Source: Octopus sinensis
Lineage: Eukaryota
Length of the DNA stretch: 64,000 nucleotides
Assembly: GCF_006345805.1 (NCBI RefSeq)
Contig: NC_043013.1
Coordinates: 38,068,001-38,132,000 of the forward strand
Direction of reading: 5' to 3'
Positions 11,555 to 23,642 of this stretch are shown one piece after another. The notes beneath the pieces were generated by a model. That model had not been told where the DNA came from. It ran no database searches and worked only from the letters and a program-made list of their open reading frames with translations. Every line of letters begins with the position of its first letter. The stretch's first letter is position 1. Both the position numbers and the translations under genes were made by a program.

Positions 11555-12114
11555 TCTACTTGTTTCAGTCATTTGACTGCGACCATGCTGGAGCACCGGC
11601 TTTAGTCGAGCAAAACGACCCCAGGACTTATTCTTTGTAAGCCTAATACTTATTCTATCGGTCTCTTTTGCCGAACTGCTAAGTTACAAGGAGGTAAACA
11701 CTCCAGAATCGGTTGTAAGTGATGTTTGGGGGGCGGGGACAAACACAGACACACAAACACGCACATATATTTGTATATACATATATACGACGGGATTCTT
11801 TCAGTTTCCGTCAACTAAATCCACTCACAAGGCTTTGGTCGGCCCGAGGCTATAGCAGAAGACACTCGCCCGAGATGCCACACAGTGGGACTGAACCCAG
11901 AACCATGTTGTTGGTAAGCAAGCTACTTACCACACAACCACTCCTGCTGTATGTATGATAGTCGTGGCTGTGTAGTAAGAAGCTTGTTTCACAGATATAT
12001 GGTTCCTGGTTCAACCGCACTGCGTGGCACCTTCGGCAAGTGTCTTCTACTATAGCTTCGGACCGGCCACAGCCCTATGAGTGGATTTGGTAGACGCTAA
12101 CCGAAAGAAGCCCG

Positions 12115-12120
<6 letters not shown>
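11555..12120. mobile_element. SINE family A full copy (-, 11555-11947) and head (+, 11960-12120)
   Basis: Family A consensus on both strands. Confidence 0.8.
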
Positions 12121-12185
<65 letters not shown>

Positions 12186-12848
12186 TATATTCTTATGGAT
12201 ATGTGTGTGAGCCTCTGCGTGTGCGTGTGTGTGTGTGTATGTGTGTATGTGTGTGTGCCTGTGTTTGCCTGTCTGTGCGTTTACTTTTTGAATTATGAAC
12301 AATGGAAAGAGTACCCTACAAATATAGCAGCCGTATATTGATGGATTGTACGACTGCATACCCTCATAAACATGCTCATATATACACACACACCCTCATG
12401 CACATATATAAATGTATACACACACACACATGCTAACAGGCACACAGGCACACACAAGATTCGTCACTTCCCAAGACACTGACACGAACAGTCTAATTGG
12501 AATAAAATCGCGTCAGGCGTCGATTGGCCTCTAAACTTTAAAAAAAAAGTGGTGATGAAATAAATATTGTTGTGACGTTGATCTATTTTCCAATCGAGGA
12601 ATGTGTACAACAGAAAATCAACACCAGGGTGCACAGTTGTCTATTCGGAAGAATAAGCCATGCGCTAAGCGTTAAGCTATTTCGTTGGATTATTTTGCTT
12701 AAAGCTCAAAGCCTGAAATTCTAAACTGAGAATGAAATGTCGTTGGGATGTCTATGTTTTTAACAAGTCGTTGTAACGAAATAAAATCTCTCTTGAACAG
12801 CGTACTCTTATATACATATACACACACATATGTATACACACACAAACA

Positions 12849-12903
<55 letters not shown>

Positions 12904-12969
12904 TATATATATATGATGCTTAACTGCATCACAATGACTGATTCAATATATACAATATAACCGATTCAA

Positions 12970-13205
12970 GGCGGCGAGTTGGCAGAAACGTTAGCACGCC
13001 GGGCGAGATACTTAGCAGTATTGCGTCTGCCGTTACGTTCTGGGTTCAAATTCCGCCGAGGTCGACTTTGCCTTTCATCCTTTCGGGGTCGATAAATTAA
13101 GTACCAGTTACGGACTGGGGTCAATGTAATCGACTTGATCTGTCTCTTGTCTGTCCTTGTTTGTCCCCTCTATGTTTAGACACTTGTGGTCAATAAAGAA
13201 ATAAG
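12970..13205 (+). mobile_element. SINE family C, full length
   Basis: GGCGGCGAGTTGGCAGAAACG..GGTTCAAATTCC..TTTGTCCCCTCTATGTTTAG..AATAAAGAAATA. Confidence 0.85.
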
Positions 13206-13219
13206 AGACATTGTATACA

Positions 13220-13445
13220 GAGAGGTGTTGTAACGGATGTACTATCGACAAGTGGAATGTAAAGGAAATCGGAGTACCCAGCAGAACTGTTACACAAGGC
13301 TTGCCTCCTTGGCACGGCTAAAATAATAGGGAAAGTATTAGGTAGTTGAAAAGAACATATAGCATGGTACCACAGGCTGCATGCAAGACTCCAGGAGTTA
13401 CAACAAAACCTAAGGTAAAAAAAATAAATAATGATAATAATGATT
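13220..13445 (+). mobile_element. R4/Dong-like REL LINE 3' end
   Basis: EYPAELLHKACLLGTAKIIGKVLGS* resembles the QKxxLLGTxxIxRKVL C-terminus of R4/Dong-type elements; short UTR then a (TAA)-like tract. Confidence 0.7.
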
Positions 13446-15159
13446 TCAAATTTTGGAACAAGGCCAGCAAGTTCTAAATGATACAGAAGGACAGAATATA
13501 AAGACAGGATACCATCGACAAGAGGGCTTTTAGCCAGAAGTCCTCCCTATACGGGCTGAAATAGAGCTAAGCAATAATGCCTCTTTAAAGATTATGGTTT
13601 CTCTTTAGAGACGAACTATTTTCAATTCGAAAAAACTACTGACACATTCTCTACGTCACACCAACGTGTCTGAACTGCATCACAATAAATGGCTTTCCTC
13701 TTCAGAACGAGAATATAACTTAGCCCTTACGAACTATTTAACTCTCCTCTAAACTCAAGTCACTGTGGAGTATCACTAGTGCACAAAAGAGAGTCCTTGT
13801 GCTACCTACACAGAAATTCTGAATACTATCCAGAAAACTCGTCTGAATGATAGTAAGTCACTCACTAAAATACTCCAGCCTGTCTCTCAGGCTATCACTA
13901 CTACGAGCATTTATGCTATTCGGAACTGACTGGTGTCATACCTTCTCCACTGGGTTACACCTGATTCAATAGTTACTCTTCCTCTCTCGTCACCTTATTT
14001 TGTTTTTTTATGTACTGTGATATGACGATACATCTTCCTTGAACAGACAGCACTTTTTAGGGTCGGGGCTGGGAAAGGGGGAATTTTCAATATTCAATTA
14101 TTTCATTATTATATTTGTATAAGTCAGTCTTTGGCTTATGCCAATATTTTCTCAATAAATGTTGCTATCACACTCAACCTAAACTGGCCTGTCTTTCTTC
14201 CAAACATCATTTCAAAACATAACCGATATGCTATCATGTTTATAAGTTGTAATCTCTTGCTTGTAAAATATGCGGACCCACAAGCATCTCGCGGTAAAAA
14301 AAATTAAAACTTGAAACTCCAGAAAAAGAAATTTACAGAGTGCTATGAAAACAGAGATATATTGCCCATTTCGTTAGCCTTCTAATTCATCTATTTACAA
14401 GTGGCTGTAGTTAAAAAGGGGGTTTCTGCAGCCTGTACGTCCGTAGTAACAGCTTACTGCTTTTCTTGGGATAATCTTCAGCATGTTTCTACCAATACTG
14501 AAACTTTTCATCTTGGTTTCTTTGCAGCAGATCTTTGATCAGTACAGAGGTTTTATCATTTGGAATGCTATTCTGCTGACAGAAGGTGATATTCCGAGAT
14601 TCCTATCTATTTTTCGTTGGGAAATTTTACCCATAGATTGACCATCAAACTTTTCTCTTTGAAAATCATTTGCGTTCTTGACATGTTCTATGGCGAACAT
14701 ATGTCAGTCTAAAAAAAAATTCTTATGATGATGCAAAATAGTTTTATACATATACGTAACCATAAAATCATACGTCTAATTCTTTCTTTATTATGTGTGT
14801 AGATATGTGCAGCCACCTACAGTAGAAAGGATTATTAAAATGGTGGTGGTGACGACGGTAGTTTTTGGTGGGCTAGCAGAATTGCACTCACTTCTCCGGG
14901 TCAAGTTCCTCTCTCGCAGTTAAAATAAAATGAAGCACCAGCTAAGTAATAGCGTTGATTTAAACAAATATATCTTCCCGTCATATAAATATGCAACATA
15001 TGCAAATATACTCTGTGGCATGCAAATGTGTGTAGGTATATATACATACATAAATAGGCTCTAGGCTTCGTTAGAGATTATAAAGTACATAATGTTAAGT
15101 TATAAATAAATATAAATTTAAAATAAAAAAGTACACACATTTAAATACTTATATATATA

Positions 15160-15533
15160 GACTAGCAGTATCGCCGGCGTTGCTCAGTTTGTAAGGGAAA
15201 TAACTAAAAGCATTTTTAGAGAGTTATGCCAAAAATAGCAAAAAAAAATGGAGAAATGATGGTAAATTTTTTATTTTAAATTAAAAAAGGTGGAGTTGCG
15301 TCCCCTAGACAGTTTGGTGTTTATGATTCTCGACCCCATGTCGAATTATCGATTTTTTTCAGAACTGGGGGAACTTTTCAAATTTTCGCTGCGTTAGTTT
15401 TGAATTATGACTTGGGCTATGTGTGTGTCAAGTTTCATCAGAATCGGTTGAAAGCCGTGGTCAGGGTGAGGGTACAAGCAAACAGACACACAGAAGCACG
15501 CACAGACAAACTGCCGTTTATATATAGAGAGAT
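15160..15533 (+). mobile_element. Non-autonomous Helitron/Helentron-like (DINE-1/HINE-type) element
   Basis: Starts ACTAGCAGTATCGCCGGCGTTGCTC, has the AAGTTTCATCAGAATCGGTTG segment, ends ACAGACAAACTGCCGTTTATATATAGAGAGAT; resembles DINE-1/Lep1-type ends. Confidence 0.6.
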
Positions 15534-15614
15534 ATACATATACATACATAAATGTGCGTGTATCTTTATTTATTTTATATTTATATTTATTTATAACTTG
15601 AAATTATGTATTTT

Positions 15615-15744
15615 ATAATCTCTGACGAAGCCTAGAAAAACACCCAAGTACCTCAATTTCATCTACCTATTACTTCAGTGTACTTGAGTAACAAAGGTAG
15701 AATGAGGTATTTTTGCCTCTTGTCTGAAACAGCTGTAAGTTATT
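15615..15744 (+). ncRNA. Type I hammerhead motif with a long hairpin in stem II
   Basis: ATAATCT-CTGACGA-AG(about 93 nt)CT-GAAAC AGCT GTA-AGTTATT; palindromic stem III ACAGCTGT; bulged stem I. Confidence 0.7.
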
Positions 15745-16440
15745 TTCCCAATTTATATTCATGTATGTTATTTTGTAATAATTACTGGTATCCTTATATA
15801 TTAATATATTTTATATCTTATATGTAAAGCATAATACATGTATGGATATTCTTGTAATTGTCAGATAAATAAATTAATTAATTAACATAATATAATGTCT
15901 AAAAGTTAATGAACCATCAATTGATCCCCCCTTTTCTTATTGCTATATAAATTAATGGTAAAACATCTCTTTACCTCTAGCCATTTAGTACACTAGGTAA
16001 TGTAATTTCAATCCAATAAAAATACTTGTGCATTAATAATTGGGTGTTTTACCAGCAGTATATTGGATAGATATTATCCCTTAGTGGGTTGGATTCACAA
16101 CCCCTAACTTTCTTGGAGTTATATATATATATATATATATATATGCTATAATTGAAAAAAATTGCGTCAACAAAAAGGAGTACGGTTGGTCATTTAATTT
16201 TTAATCACTACAATTGTTTCCACGTAGCCTAGTTCTCGTTGGAGTGCACGTACTTGATTAAGCAACCGCTTCATTACACTATGACTCCAATTTTTCCAGT
16301 TATCTATTCACACACGACAAATGGCCAAATACAAACCTAGAATTACGTATAATAGTATCACTGGAGAGCACGGGGTAAATCTGAAGGTGGACGAGTTTTG
16401 TACTGTACTCTACTAAGTTCTTAACTGAATATAGCACTAC

Positions 16441-16485
<45 letters not shown>

Positions 16486-16602
16486 TATTATATATACATA
16501 CATGCATACAAGCATGCATACATACATACATACATACATACATACATACATACATACATACATACATACATACATACATACATGCAAAGATACATATATA
16601 TA

Positions 16603-17860
16603 CAGGGTTGGACAAAATATTAGAAACACCTAGCATCATAGCATCATAATTTTGAAATATGTATAAAACCGTAAAAGCTTGTTTATTTTTATGTTTTTTG
16701 ATTTATTATAAGTCTTGCTTAATATGTTTTGCTAACATAGTTGTTTCTTTTCAGATATCATCAGAAAAAGGTATTTATATTTATTCAAATGACAGATCTA
16801 TCGGACATTCGAAGAAATCAAATTGTTAGTGCTCGGTTGGCAGGCGCTAGCGTAACGAAAACAGATGAAATGTCTGGTGTATCAAGAAGTACTGTCTCGA
16901 AAGTAATTACAGCATTTGAGAAAGAGGGAAAAACCTCCGCGTCGAAACAAAACTCCGGAAGAAAACCAAAATTTTCAGATAGGGACCGTCGGACTCTTAG
17001 GCAAATTGTTAAAATGGATCACAAAAGTACAGCTTCTAAAATTACTGCAGAGCTTAATGACCACCTCCAGAACCCAGTTTCCACAAAAACTGTTTGTCGA
17101 GAGCTGAACAAAGTCGGAGTTCACGGGATGGCTGCAATCAGAACACCACTACTTTAAAATACAAACGTTGGAAAGCGTTCAGAGTGGAGTAAAAATCTAT
17201 TGAATTGGTCCCTAGAGCAGTGGAAGAATGTTATTTTCTCGGACGAGTCATCCTTTATCTTATTTCCGACCACCAGCCGAGTATACGTGTGGAAACAGCC
17301 AAAAGAAGCACTTGACCCAGACTGCCTTCTTCCATCTGTTAAACATGGAGGAGAATCTGCGATGATTTGGGAGGCTATATCTTGGAAATACGCCGGCCCA
17401 ATGATTTCTCTTCATGGCAGAATTAATAGTCAAGTCTATTTAAGTATTTTATTTAATGAAATTCATCTTATGGTTGCGGAACTGTTTCCGGAGGGAAACG
17501 CAATCTTTCAGGATGGTAATGTACTAATTCACACAGCTAAAGTTCTTACTGAATGGCACGAAGAACATTCTAGTGAAGTTGAACATCTTATCTGTCAACC
17601 AGAGTCCCCAGATCTCAATATTATTGAACATTTATGGTGCATTTTTGAAAAAGCAAGTGACGAGTCGATATCCACTGCCATCATCACTACAAAAAGTGGA
17701 GACTGTTTTAGCTGAAAAATTAACAAAAATTCCTTTGGAAACAATTTAAACTTTGTTCGTAGAATTCAAGCTGTAATTACTGCCAAAGTCGGTCCTATTC
17801 CATATTAAAATTAATTTGTTTGAAATTTTAAGGTATTTCCATTATTTTGTCCAACCCCTG
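16603..17860 (+). mobile_element. Full-length Tc1-family DNA transposon, DD37E (TRT-like)
   Basis: TIRs CAGGGTTGGACAAAATATTAGAAACACCT / AGGTATTTCCATTATTTTGTCCAACCCCTG; TA on the left (TG on the right); transposase inside. Confidence 0.92.
16789..17808 (+). pseudogene. Tc1 transposase with one in-frame stop (17155-17157) and a late frameshift
   Basis: MTDLSDIRRNQIVSARLAGASVTK.. paired-like N-terminus, GRKPKF AT-hook, FSDESSF / FQDGN / SPDLNIIE catalytic triad with 37 residues between D and E. Confidence 0.9.
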
Positions 17861-17866
17861 TGTGTG

Positions 17867-17902
<36 letters not shown>

Positions 17903-18329
17903 TATATATGTATGTATGTATGTATATATATATATATGTATGTATGTATGTACGTATACTGCTTTTCTCTCATAAACTAGTATTTATATATATTTCTGTG
18001 AAAGAGTATGTATGTGTATGCATGTATGTGTATTCGTGCGTGCGATGGGGCGTTTATGTGTATGTGTGTGTGTGTGTCTGCGTTCGAGTGTATATTTGTA
18101 TGTAAGAAAGACAGAGAGAAAGAAAGAGAGAGAGAGAGGGGGGTGAATTTATGATGTTATCTGTGTGTATTGTGTAGGTGTGTACATGTGTATGCGCATA
18201 TGTGTGCGTGTGTCTATGGTTAACTAATGACAGATATTATTGCAATGAAGATTCAACTCATTTTTTTACCTCGATTTTATGAGTTTAACATGCCGTCTCA
18301 TTTTACATCTCAATATTTCACACACACAC

Positions 18330-18377
18330 ACACACTCACACAAACACACACAATCACACACATATATATATATATAT

Positions 18378-18410
<33 letters not shown>

Positions 18411-18435
18411 ATATATAATATATACATATATATAC

Positions 18436-18467
<32 letters not shown>

Positions 18468-18487
18468 GTATATATATACATATATAT

Positions 18488-18537
<50 letters not shown>

Positions 18538-18547
18538 GAGTATATAT

Positions 18548-18597
<50 letters not shown>

Positions 18598-18599
18598 TA

Positions 18600-18638
<39 letters not shown>

Positions 18639-18640
18639 GC
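18330..18640. repeat. Long (AT)n-rich microsatellite
   Basis: Seen directly. Confidence 0.95.
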
Positions 18641-19820
18641 ACACATTCATACAAACATATATAAATTTATGTATCTATGCATAAGTATATGTATAGACGC
18701 ATGTATGTATGTATGTATGTATGTATGCATGTATGTATGTATGTATGTATGTATCTGTTATACCCACACAAATACAGGCACACAGGAATATGAAGCAGAT
18801 ACGCTTGTCACTCAGCATACCACTACACACATACAAACACATACAGAGGTTATATTAGATGTATGTTATTCGAATTTAGAATATTTAATGAATATTTCGT
18901 ATATAACCGATCATTGTAAATGTTATATATATGTGTGTGGTCGAAATACTCGCTAATGTTCAAGTTTGTTTGCTTTAATTTTTTTCATCAACCCCGTTCT
19001 CTTTCAAAATAGCTAAAACTTTTGTATCAAATTATTTTACATCTGGGGCGTATGTAGTAAAAACAAGGGATAACACAGTTTTCAGGTCTTACTTTATAGA
19101 ATATTATATATCATAAACGACATTTAGTGCCTTTGGGAAAATAATGACTGATGCTGCTTCCCATTTCTTCTCATTTCTTCAAAAAAAAAATAATAATAAT
19201 AATAGTTCTTTTTTGTGTTTTTTTGTTATTGCTGTTGCTATTGCTGTTGTTATTTTTGTTTTTGTAGTTGTCGCTAAGTCCCAGAACGGGTTTGAATGAG
19301 TTGACTAAACTAATGAAACATCGCGTTCCATCCGTGACCACCATGTCGTTTTGTATATCTAGGAGTATATTATACGAAGGTTTCATCTATTTGTCGAGCT
19401 GAGGTAGAATTTGTAAAAAAAGAAAGGAAAAAAAGGTTTGTATTTCTAGCAGATTAAGGGGTCGCATACAGCTTCTCTTTAGAATGGATTCTATTATAAG
19501 CACAAGTCTTACCAATTTTGGACCCCAAAAAAACGAAAATGTGATGTGTAGTTGTTTATATCTTATATCGATATTTGTATTTGAACAATATTCATTTTAC
19601 ACCCTCCTCGATTTCTCTGAAAAATAAAAGACAAAAAAAATACAAAGTTGATGAGATTCGAATGTGTAACCAATGATTGTAAAATAACGATTCCCTCACT
19701 TTAGCAATATTACAACTCAACGTCTTCTCTTTCGAAATTTTAAGAATTACTACCTTTGACACGACACCATAAATATATTTGGAAGGTAAAAAGTAAATAT
19801 AATCTACCTCAGTAGCTTAC

Positions 19821-20108
19821 TGGATATTCATTGGTCTTTAACTGATAACTTGATCTGCTAGGAATAATCATGAAGTCCCCATCTGACCACAGTTTCTCTT
19901 CTATATAAAAATTTAATGAATAACGCATTAGACAAATGTAGTTCCAGATACACTCTGCCCCAAAACTGATTGGATAATCATGACTGGAATGTTTTTCATC
20001 GAAGGCCTGATCGATCATGCTTGATCTTGACTCAGACACAACAACAACAGCTGCTGGTAATGAATGCATCCGACTAAAATGAAAGCCAAGTTGATTGATG
20101 ATGGGAGT
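19821..20108 (-). other. Candidate coding exon (288 nt) of an unidentified gene or pseudogene
   Basis: Stop-free frame TPIINQLGF..KTNEYP between TTTTTTGGTAG and a GTAAGC donor-like site; non-repetitive; protein not recognised. Confidence 0.3.
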
Positions 20109-20514
20109 CTACCAAAAAACGATGTAACCAGATAATTCACCAAGAACTACCAAGGGAGTATTTGCTATCGTTGTTTCGGATTGCGTATAAATCTTTCCCA
20201 TTACATTTCTGCTGTTGTTACCAAAATATTGGTGGGAATATAAGGACTCCAAACGGCGCGGTACAGAAAATTAAATATCGCTTTAATTGCAATTCAAGCG
20301 TTCTATTAAGCTAGATCATTTTGGTAATGGCCACCATTTTCACAATATATGGACACCATTGACTGCCACAAAGCTCATCCATTTTTGATGGACTTGGGCT
20401 TTTACCTTCGATCCCGGTACAGAACCTGCTGTCATGCAAAGCCCAGTAGTAGTGAAGACGGGGGATGTACGACTGAATCAACTATTCCTCTACCTTGACT
20501 AAGTAATATTGGCT

Positions 20515-20706
20515 CAAGGCCAGAAATTTCTGCCGAAGAAGAAAGTCGGTTACATCGACCTCGGTGCTCAAAAGGTACTTATTTTATCGAAAGGATGAAA
20601 AGTTAAGCCGACTTCGGCGGAATTTGAACTCAAAAACGTAAAGACGAACGAAATGCCGCTAAGCATTTTGCCCGGCGTGCTAACAATTCTACCAGCTCGC
20701 CGCCCT
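20515..20706 (-). mobile_element. SINE family C copy
   Basis: Reverse complement of the family C head and body. Confidence 0.8.
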
Positions 20707-21777
20707 TTGAGTAAGTAATATTGAAATTACATGGTTACTAATAGCAGGTTTCTGTAAGCCCGTGATGGAAAAGGTCCTGATTGGACATGTTGTTTGTACA
20801 TGTTCGTATGAGGTATATAGCCAAAAGATGCGGCAAAAATAAACTCTTACGTGCAATCTAAAGACGATGTTTCCATTAATATGACATGGTATTAATATGA
20901 GATGCAGTTTTTGGGAGTGCTTCAGTGTATTTAACCTTAATATTAATTTTGCAATTTAATTGTGATATATTTCAAGTTTTAAGCAGTAGTGTTGTTATAT
21001 TTTTGCATGTTTGTTACTAGGCATGCACCTCGCTTCCACTGACAGCTTCTTTTTGCTTAGCATGCGGCCAGTTATTGGCTACAATACAATCAAATGTGAC
21101 TGAGAACATAGCTAATTTTTAACTAGGTACATAACCAGATTTGACTGGATTGATGTAAACATTTGGCTCAGTATATAGCCAAATTTTCCAAAGAGAATCC
21201 ATAGGGACAAAAGAAACTATCCCAGTAGAATAGTGGTATTATACTTATGAAGTGTCATTGCCAAATGTACGTAATTGATCTTTCTGTTCACTCCCTCTGT
21301 CCACATTAAGAACTGTATGATAAGTAGAGTAAGGACAGTTCTTTAAAGAAGTCCAAAGTGGATCACAATGAGTTTTGCGAACAGAGTCGAGAGACACGAG
21401 ATAGGAACAGTGTTTTTCATTTTAATATTTCAACGTTCCTTTTTCTGTCAAAAAAGCACAACTTTATTATATATTTAAGGTATAAAATTGCAAACAAAAT
21501 TTCTTGTGTTCTTTTAATATGAGTGATAGATGCGCATCTAAAAACTTGTTGACAACAATTTTATTTTATATTTTAAGAAGCACTTGTATTGTCATATTTA
21601 TCGATTTTTTAATTGAGGTTAACCTACTTCTGAAATAATAACTAAATATAGTATGTAAAGTCGATTTGATAAAGATTTTATCTGGACACAAACGCCTTTC
21701 CCGTTATGTAATGCATGATTGGATTTCAACAGCTGTGCGAGTGCTTCATAATCGAGTTTCTTAACGATGTCTTCATA

Positions 21778-21988
21778 CGAGTAGGTGCTGAAAAGTTCCG
21801 GGCTTTAATAGTATCGCGAAAGGCCTGGCTGGAGGCCCAGACTTCCGAGCTCTTTTACAGGGCTTAGAAAAACTGAAGGATCATTGAAATAAGTGTGTGA
21901 GGCTGAGAGGGGAAAATGTTGAATAAAATCATGATTAACTGATACTCCTGTATTTTCTTTTAGCCAGGAACTGTTCTCGACTCATTCG
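21778..21988 (+). mobile_element. mariner-derived MITE / internal deletion derivative
   Basis: TA-flanked imperfect TIRs (CGAGTAGGTGCTGAAAAGTTCCGGGCT / AGCCAGGAACTGTTCTCGACTCATTCG); internal GLEKLKDH*NKCVRLRGENVE* resembles a mariner C-terminus. Confidence 0.7.
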
Positions 21989-22149
21989 TACTTGCTTGCA
22001 TAAAGAGAATTGCATCCTTTTCTCCGCCTTTAAGAGTTATATATTGGAATGGTTTCTAATTCTGGAACAAAATTAAAAGACTGAATGGGGAATATTACAG
22101 TTTCTGATAATTCAATGCGTTTTTCTTATGTTTTTTTTTTCTTCTTTTT

Positions 22150-22355
22150 GTTTTACTTGCTTCAGTCATTAGACTGCGGCCATGCTGGAACATCGGCTTG
22201 ATGAATTTTATGCCAAATGAATTGACCCCAGTACTTACTTCTTTGTTAAGTCTGGGACTTATTCTATCGGTTTCTTTTGCGGAACCGCTACGTTACCGAG
22301 ACGTAAACACACCAACACCGGTTGTCAATGGGGGCAGGAAACTCAGAAACAAAGC

Positions 22356-22387
<32 letters not shown>

Positions 22388-22545
22388 CAGCAAGCAGGAT
22401 TTCTCCAGTTTCCGTCTACCAAATCCACTCAAAAGGCTTTGGTTGATTCGAGGCTATAGTAGAAGACACTTACGCAAGGTGTCACGCAGTGGGACTGAAC
22501 CCGGAACCCTGCTGTTACAAGGCATACTTTTTACCTCACAGCTAT
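22150..22545 (-). mobile_element. SINE family A, full length
   Basis: Family A consensus, reverse complement. Confidence 0.8.
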
Positions 22546-22669
22546 GCTCTACTATCGTATTAACAATGCCAATGACGACAATGACGTCACCAACAACAGG
22601 AACTTACCACTGACAAATAAACAGTGGTGTCAAATGCTTGACATATGATCAATCTACATAAGGGTGGGT

Positions 22670-22985
22670 GAAGGCGCGTGACTTAGTGATTAGGGTAATC
22701 GGTTCACGATGGTAGGGTCAAGAGTTCAATTCCCGATGACGCGTTGTGTCCTTCGGCAAGAAACTTTACTTCATGTTGCTTCAGTCCATTCAGCTGGTAA
22801 AAATGAGTAGTGCCTGTATTTCAAAGGGCCAGCTTTGTCACACTCTGTATCATGCCGAATTTACCTGAGAAAAACATTAAAGGTACACACATTTGTAGAG
22901 TACTCAGTCACTTGCACGTCAATTTCACGAGCGGGCTTTTCTTTTGATCGGATTAACTGGAACCCACGTTGTCGTAACCGATTGA
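22670..22985 (+). mobile_element. SINE family B-like copy
   Basis: tRNA-like head GAAGGCGCGTGACTTAGTGATTAGGG..GAGTTCAATTCCC and family B tail ..GGAACCCACGTTGTCGTAACCGA. Confidence 0.75.
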
Positions 22986-23034
22986 CATTTTGTATGGGTG
23001 GAGTAATATTCTTTTCTACTCTAGGCATACAGCT

Positions 23035-23642
23035 CGAAATTTTGGGGCAGGGGGGGGGGGGCGGCAGTCGATTAGCTCGATCCCAGTATGCAACTGGTAC
23101 TTAGTTTATCGACCCCGAAAGGATGAAAGGCAAAGTCAACCTCGCCGGAATTTGAACTCAGAACGTAGCGGCAGACGAAATACCTATTTCTTTACTACCC
23201 ACAAGGGGCTAAACACAGAGGGGACAAACAAGGACAGACAAACGGATTAAGTCGATTACATCGATCCCAGTGCGTAACTGGTACTTAATTTATCGACCCC
23301 GAAAGGATGAAAGGCAAAGTCGACCTCGGTGGAATTTGACCTCAGAACGTAACGGCAGACGAAATACCGCTAAGCATTTCGCCCAACATGCCAACGTTTC
23401 GTATTTCTTTATTGCCCACAAGGGGCTAAACATAGAGGGGAAAAACAAGGACATACAAACGGATTAAGTCGATTACATCGACCCCAGTGCGTTGCTGGTA
23501 CTTATTTAATCGACCCCGAAAGGATTAAAGGCAAAGTCGACCTCGGTGGAATTTGAACTCAGAACGAATTTGAACTCAGGTCGACGAAATACCGCTAAGC
23601 ATTTCACCCGGCGTGCTAACGTTTCCGCCAACTCGCCGCCTT
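23035..23642 (-). mobile_element. SINE family C head-to-tail multimer
   Basis: Three to four partial units, period about 184 bp. Confidence 0.85.

Larger units (their letters stand above)
15061..15745. mobile_element. Penelope-like pseudo-LTR fragment with about 100-bp inverted arms
   Basis: 15061-15160 is the reverse complement of about 15535-15635 (CTAGGCTTCGTTAGAGATTATAAA / TTTATAATCTCTGACGAAGCCTAG); the right arm runs into a hammerhead motif. Confidence 0.65.

Noticed and set aside
14400-14708. Possible minus-strand exon after a T-rich AG acceptor
   Set aside because: All frames hit stops quickly; could be a short last exon but unsupported.
23035-23642. Regularly spaced repeats as a CRISPR-like array
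   Set aside because: Units are contiguous SINE segments with no unique spacers; eukaryotic context.
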